NCBI GenBank assembly: GCA_049976425.1 | Contig: JBMFIG010000001.1 | Coordinates: 96,001-160,000, forward strand | Length of the DNA: 64,000 bases | Source of the DNA: Thermoproteus sp. | Lineage (GTDB): Archaea > Thermoproteota > Thermoprotei > Thermoproteales > Thermoproteaceae | Reading direction: 5' to 3' | Shown here: one piece after another, positions 59,645 through 64,000 of the stretch | Position numbering within the stretch: position 1 is the first letter of the stretch | Layout of the letters: every line of letters starts with the position of its first letter | Position numbers and translations under genes: made by a program | The notes under the pieces: generated by a model | Told to the model about the DNA's origin: nothing | Seen by the model: the letters and a program-made list of their open reading frames with translations, nothing else | The model's database searches: none

Positions 59645-60478
59645 GTGGATCTGAGACAGCTGTTTGCCGACGCTAGGCGTAAGTTCGAGGAGGGGGGTCT
59701 GGTCTTGGACGTGGAGGAGGACAAGTTGGTGATAGTCGGCGATCTCCACGGCGATAAGGAGACCTTGGACTTGGTCTTGAAGAGGTGGGATGGCGGGAAG
59801 TTCCTCTTTCTGGGCGACTATGTGGATAGGGGGGACAAGGGCCTCGAGGTCTTGACCACCGTGGTCAGGCTGTATCTGGAGGGGAAGGCCTACGTGCTGA
59901 GGGGCAACCACGAGTCGCCGTTGATGAACGAGGACGGCGGCTTCATGGAGGAGCTCTGTCTGTACAAGAGGATACCGAACTGCGGCGAGCTCTACGGCGA
60001 TATAGAGAGGATGTTCGCGGCGATGCCCGTGGCGGCTAGGATCAACGGCGCTGTCTTGGCGGTGCACGGCGGGATACCGCTCAAGGAGCCCTCCATGGAG
60101 CCCGCGTCGATAGCGGAGCTGGCGAAGCCCAGCGGCGACCTGGTGTTGCCGGAGGATCCCCTCGTCTATCAAGCCCTCTGGAACGACCCGTGCGACTGCG
60201 AGGCCCACGCCCCGAGCCCCCGCGGGCCCGGCATATGGCTCTACGGCAGAGGCCCGACGGAGAGGTTCCTCAAGGGGGAGGGCCTCAAGGCGATCGTCAG
60301 GGGGCATCTGTACGTCAGCGCCGGGTACGTGAGCCACCACGGGGTTGTCCACACGGTCTTCACGAGCCGGGCCGGGCCCTATAAGGCCGTGAGGCCCAAG
60401 GTGGCGGTGCTCGACGGCGGCGAGCTCCAGATCTACGACTTGTTGAGCAACGAGGCGATCCGCAGAGTCGAGATCTAG
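59645..60478 (+). CDS. PPP-family Ser/Thr protein phosphatase
   Basis: GDLHG, GDYVDRG, RGNHE, HGG, LWNDP, RGH. Confidence 0.92.
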   Translation: MDLRQLFADARRKFEEGGLVLDVEEDKLVIVGDLHGDKETLDLVLKRWDGGKFLFLGDYVDRGDKGLEVLTTVVRLYLEGKAYVLRGNHESPLMNEDGGFMEELCLYKRIPNCGELYGDIERMFAAMPVAARINGAVLAVHGGIPLKEPSMEPASIAELAKPSGDLVLPEDPLVYQALWNDPCDCEAHAPSPRGPGIWLYGRGPTERFLKGEGLKAIVRGHLYVSAGYVSHHGVVHTVFTSRAGPYKAVRPKVAVLDGGELQIYDLLSNEAIRRVEI

Positions 60479-60481
60479 GCG

Positions 60482-60494
60482 GAAAGATTTAATA
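60482..60494 (+). promoter_or_regulatory. BRE/TATA promoter of the SRP RNA precursor
   Basis: GAAAGATTTAATA about 45 nt upstream of the predicted mature 5' junction. Confidence 0.7.
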
Positions 60495-60539
60495 TCGCCA
60501 CGGGGGCATTGATCGGCCCCCGAGAGGCCGTCCCCCGAC

Positions 60540-60846
60540 GGAGCACCCATAAGCCGCCGGGCAGGCGTTCGAGGGGACCCGGGACTGAGGACCCTCTCGG
60601 CGGGTTGCGCGGGTAGGCGCGCGCCGGTAGGACGGGGGTGGCAGTGGGCTGGGCGGCCGCCGCCCGCCCCTCCGAAAGGAGCCCCAGGTCTGGGGGGCCC
60701 GCAACCCCGCCGGGCCGGCCGTAGCCCCCGCGCGGCTCTCCGGGAGGCCGTGACGTCCCGGCCCTCGGGGCTTGCCAAGCCGGCGTGCCCAAGCCGTAGG
60801 GCTTGGAGGCGCCGGCGAAGGCGGCGAACCTGGGGAGGTCCGGGAG
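60540..60846 (+). ncRNA. ffs: Circularly permuted archaeal SRP (7S) RNA
   Basis: Helix 6 CCAAGCC-GTAG-GGCTTGG (60789-60806); long-range pairs 60560-60585 with 60755-60776; helix 8 split, with the 5' half (GAACCTGGGGAGGTCCGGGAG) at the gene end and the 3' half (GGAGCACCCA) at the gene start. Confidence 0.9.
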
Positions 60847-60855
60847 CGCCGGATC

Positions 60856-60904
60856 GTGATGACGTCCGATATGAGGACTAGATGAGCTGGCCGTCCCAGA
60901 CTGA
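60856..60904 (+). ncRNA. Box C/D guide sRNA candidate
   Basis: Box C GTGATGA 60856-60862, internal D'/C'-like CTAGA-TGAG, box D CTGA 60901-60904; about 50 nt long. Confidence 0.7.
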
Positions 60905-60921
60905 CGTCGGTCAAAAAGGCG

Positions 60922-63684
60922 TTATTCCCTATCGGCCTTAGCCTTGCCGCCGCTCAGTATCCTCGCTTGGGCCGCCGCGAGCCTCGCCAGAGGCACTCTG
61001 AACGGCGAGGCGCTGACGTAGTCCACCGCAGTCTTTTCGAAGAAGTATATGGACTTGGGATCGCCGCCGTGCTCGCCGCATACGCCGACCTCTATCTTGG
61101 GGTTCACCTCCTTGGCGGTCCGCGCGGCCAGCTCCACCAGCTTGCCGACGCCTGCGACGTCCAGCGTCTCGAAAGGATCGGCGTCGAGTATCTTGAGCTC
61201 TAGATACTGCGGTATGAACTTGTTCTCGGCGTCGTCTCTGCTGAAGCTGAAGACGGCCTGGGTCAGGTCGTTGGTCCCAAAGCTTATGAAGTCGACCTCT
61301 CTGGCTATCTGGTCCATGGTGAGGGCGGCCCTTACGGTCTCCACCATAGTGCCTATCTTGACCTCCAGCCTCACGCCGGTCTCCCTCTCCACGTCGCGCA
61401 GCGCGGGGAGTATGCCCTTCTCCTTGACGTATCTTATCTCCCTCACGTCGCTTACCTGCGGTATCATTATCTCCACCACCGGGTTGCGCCCCTCCTTCTT
61501 GAGCTCGGCGGCGGCCTCGGCTATGGCTCTGGAGAGGTAGTAGTAGAACTCGGGGTAGGTCACGCCGACGCGCACGCCGCGGTGGCCCAGCATCGGGTTG
61601 GCCTCCTGCAACGCCTTGACTCTGGCGTAGAGCCACTCCAGCTCCTTCGCGTCCTTGCCGGCGGCCTTGGCCTCGTATATCTGTTGCAGGACCTCCTCGG
61701 GCTTCGGCAAGAATTCGTGGAGCGGCGGGTCTATCAACCTGACGATGACGGGCAACCCGTCCATGATCTTGAAGATCTCCTTGAAGTCCTCCTTCAGCAT
61801 CCTGTATAGCGGCTCTAGGTGTTTGACCCTCTCCTCGCGGGTCTCGGCCAGTATCACTTTGCGCAGTAGCTCGAGCCTCTCCGGCTTCCTGAACATCCGC
61901 TCTATTCTCAAAAGCCCTATGCCTCTAGCGCCGAACTTCCTGGCCAGGGCGGCGTCCTCGGGCAGATCGGCGTTGGCCCTCACGCCGAGCCTCCTGACCT
62001 CGTCGGCCCATCCCAACAGCTCCTCCAGCTCCGGTATCAGCTCGGGCTCCACCGTGGGCACCACCCCGGCGTAGACGTTGCCCGTATTGCCGTCTATGGT
62101 GACCCAGTCGCCTTCCTTGAACACCTGCCCGTTGACGCTCATGGTCTTGGCCGCCTCGTCGATTGTCAAGGCCTCGGCGCCGACCACTGCCGGCTTGCCG
62201 ATGGCTCTGGCCACGACGGCGGCGTGGGAGGTCATCCCTCCTCTGCTCGTCAAGATGCCGACAGCTGCGTAGAAGCCGTGGACGTCGTCCGGCTTGGTCT
62301 CCACTCTGGCCAAGATCACCTTCTTGCCCTCGCGCGCCCACCTCACGGCGTCGTCCGGGTGGAACACCAGCTGGCCCGACACGGCGCCGGGGCTCGCGGG
62401 GAGGCCTTTGGCTATCGGCTGGGCTTTGGCCTTGGGATCTATACGCGGGTACAGTAGCTGGAGGACGTGGTCGGGCGATACCTTCAATAAGGCCTCCTCC
62501 TTGGTGATGATGCCTTCCTTGGCCATATCGACCGCCGTCTTGACTCTGGCCAGCGGGGTCATTTTCGCGTTGCGGCACTGGAGGAAGTAGAGCTTGCCTC
62601 TCTCCACGGTGAACTCGACGTCTTGTACGTCCTTGTTGGCTTTCTCCAACAACTTCACGCCCTTGTACAGCTCGTCGTATAGGTGCGGGAACCTCTTCCT
62701 GAACTCCTCTATGTCCATCGGGGTCCTTATGCCGGCGACCACGTCCTCGCCTTGGGCAACGGGGAGGAACTCGCCGTAGAGCTTGTTCTCGCCGGTGGCC
62801 ACATCGCGCGAGAACACGACGCCCGTGCCGGAGTCCCAGCCCATGTTGCCGAAGACCATAGTCACCACGTTGACCGCGGTGCAGTCTGCCACGTCGGGCG
62901 TTATCTTCTCGGCGACTCTGTAGAATATGGCGCGGGGGCTGTCCCAGGAGCGGAAGACTGCCTTTATGGCCAGCTTGAGCTGTTCCCAGGGATCCTGCGG
63001 AAACTCGCCGTAATGTCTCCTTATTATCTCCTTGAACCGTTCGACGGCCTCTTTCAAGCCCTCTAGAGGTACGTCGGGGTCCTCCTTGGCGTTGTACTTC
63101 TTCTTTATCTCCTCCCAAGCCGAGGAGAACAGCTTGTCGTCGATGCCCAGAACTATTCTGCCGAACATGTTGACGAAACGCCTATAGGCGTCGTACGCGA
63201 ACCACTCGTTGCCGGTCTGTTTGGCCAGACCCTTGACGGTCTGGTCGTTGAGGCCCAGGTTGAGCACGGTGTCCATCATGCCGGGCATGGAGACCGCTGC
63301 GCCGGAGCGCACCGAGACCAGCAACGGGTTCTCCGGATCGCCGAACTTCCTGCCCACCTTCTCCTCGAGACGTCTCATGTGTTGCAGGACCTCCTCCCAG
63401 AGGCCTTGCGGCAGGTCCAGGCCGTTAATCAACGCGAAGAGCTTGCCTATCGCCTGGTCCCTTACCTCGGGAGGAGGCTGTTTTTCGAGGAGCGCCTCCA
63501 GCTCGGCTATCTCGGCCCTCCTAGGCGCGAAGAAGTCCTTACAAGCCTCCGTAGTTATTATAAAGCCTGGGGGGACCCTCAGCCCGAGCTGCGTCATCTG
63601 TATTAAGCTGGCCCCCTTGCCGCCGAAGAGCTTCTTATTCCTGTAATCGGCCTCTTCAAAGTCGTAAACGTACTTTTTAGGCAT
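60922..63684 (-). CDS. ppdK: Pyruvate, phosphate dikinase
   Basis: GGKGA, LLVSVRSGA, GEDVVAG, GGMTSHAAVVAR, NPMLGHRG, FGTNDLTQ, CGEHGG. Confidence 0.97.
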   Translation of the reverse strand: MPKKYVYDFEEADYRNKKLFGGKGASLIQMTQLGLRVPPGFIITTEACKDFFAPRRAEIAELEALLEKQPPPEVRDQAIGKLFALINGLDLPQGLWEEVLQHMRRLEEKVGRKFGDPENPLLVSVRSGAAVSMPGMMDTVLNLGLNDQTVKGLAKQTGNEWFAYDAYRRFVNMFGRIVLGIDDKLFSSAWEEIKKKYNAKEDPDVPLEGLKEAVERFKEIIRRHYGEFPQDPWEQLKLAIKAVFRSWDSPRAIFYRVAEKITPDVADCTAVNVVTMVFGNMGWDSGTGVVFSRDVATGENKLYGEFLPVAQGEDVVAGIRTPMDIEEFRKRFPHLYDELYKGVKLLEKANKDVQDVEFTVERGKLYFLQCRNAKMTPLARVKTAVDMAKEGIITKEEALLKVSPDHVLQLLYPRIDPKAKAQPIAKGLPASPGAVSGQLVFHPDDAVRWAREGKKVILARVETKPDDVHGFYAAVGILTSRGGMTSHAAVVARAIGKPAVVGAEALTIDEAAKTMSVNGQVFKEGDWVTIDGNTGNVYAGVVPTVEPELIPELEELLGWADEVRRLGVRANADLPEDAALARKFGARGIGLLRIERMFRKPERLELLRKVILAETREERVKHLEPLYRMLKEDFKEIFKIMDGLPVIVRLIDPPLHEFLPKPEEVLQQIYEAKAAGKDAKELEWLYARVKALQEANPMLGHRGVRVGVTYPEFYYYLSRAIAEAAAELKKEGRNPVVEIMIPQVSDVREIRYVKEKGILPALRDVERETGVRLEVKIGTMVETVRAALTMDQIAREVDFISFGTNDLTQAVFSFSRDDAENKFIPQYLELKILDADPFETLDVAGVGKLVELAARTAKEVNPKIEVGVCGEHGGDPKSIYFFEKTAVDYVSASPFRVPLARLAAAQARILSGGKAKADRE

Positions 63685-63837
63685 AGTTAAAGAACAACTG
63701 TAACCTAAAAAGATTTTCCCTATATATTAGTAGACTTCTATATGGGTATATATAAACGACTTAATTAGATCGAGCAAAACGATTTTTAAGAGTGTTTCCA
63801 GAAGATTTATCATAATAGATCATTAATGTTAATAGAT

Positions 63838-64000
63838 CTAACCGGAGGAAAGTAGACTCGATAAATACTTGGCGAGGGCATATAGCTTCTGGGAGCGGAT
63901 GACGACGTCGGCCGCCTCTTCGACGCGCCTGCTGGTGGGGTTGAACGCTATGGAGAAGCCGGCGGCTTCGAGGAGGGGCAGATCGGTCTCGCTATCGCCT
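63838..64000 (-). CDS. HAD phosphatase, phosphoserine phosphatase-like (3' end only)
   Basis: Manual translation GDSETDLPLLEAAGFSIAFNP...ADVVI; stop at 63838-63840. Confidence 0.75.
   Translation of the reverse strand, partial: GDSETDLPLLEAAGFSIAFNPTSRRVEEAADVVIRSQKLYALAKYLSSLLSSG

Noticed and set aside
59564-60914. Long minus-strand ORFs (404, 141 and 105 aa)
   Set aside because: Shadows of the phosphatase gene and the GC-rich SRP RNA; Arg/Pro/Gly-rich composition
63816-63840. Inverted repeat TAGATC-ATTAA-TG-TTAAT-A-GATCTA upstream of ppdK
   Set aside because: Lies in AT-rich DNA at a gene end where such repeats arise easily; no second copy seen
1-64000. CRISPR arrays, rRNA genes, IS transposases, integrases
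   Set aside because: No repeat-spacer periodicity or recognisable motifs found

Overview
About 60% GC chromosomal segment of a crenarchaeon of the order Thermoproteales, most likely Thermoproteus (inferred from the fba-pfp operon, PPDK, PaREP1, multi-intron tRNAs and a permuted SRP RNA gene). It is mostly core genes: reversible Embden-Meyerhof enzymes, ribosome and translation genes (uS15, eS1, Pcc1, Rio1, KH/Dim2, ABCE1, Dys, Taw3), IorAB, quinone and cobalamin genes, glycosylation genes and several secreted hypothetical proteins. The strongest non-coding signal is a circularly permuted SRP RNA gene (60540-60846). Its ends form a bulge-helix-bulge-type motif whose cleavage and ligation would rebuild helix 8, and a box C/D sRNA candidate follows it directly. 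Permuted SRP RNA is already reported for Thermoproteus, so this is a rediscovery. tRNA-Arg(CCG) and tRNA-Cys(GCA) each carry two non-canonical introns. Less explained observations: sharply bounded 17-24% GC patches inside GC-rich genes, a GlmS homologue lacking Cys1 opposite a sugar kinase, a degenerate stand-alone LAGLIDADG-like ORF, a KaiC-like ATPase with two small paralogous partners, and a 58-aa CDGSH protein missing from the ORF track. No CRISPR array, transposase or integrase was seen. All calls come from reading motifs by eye; no database searches were run.
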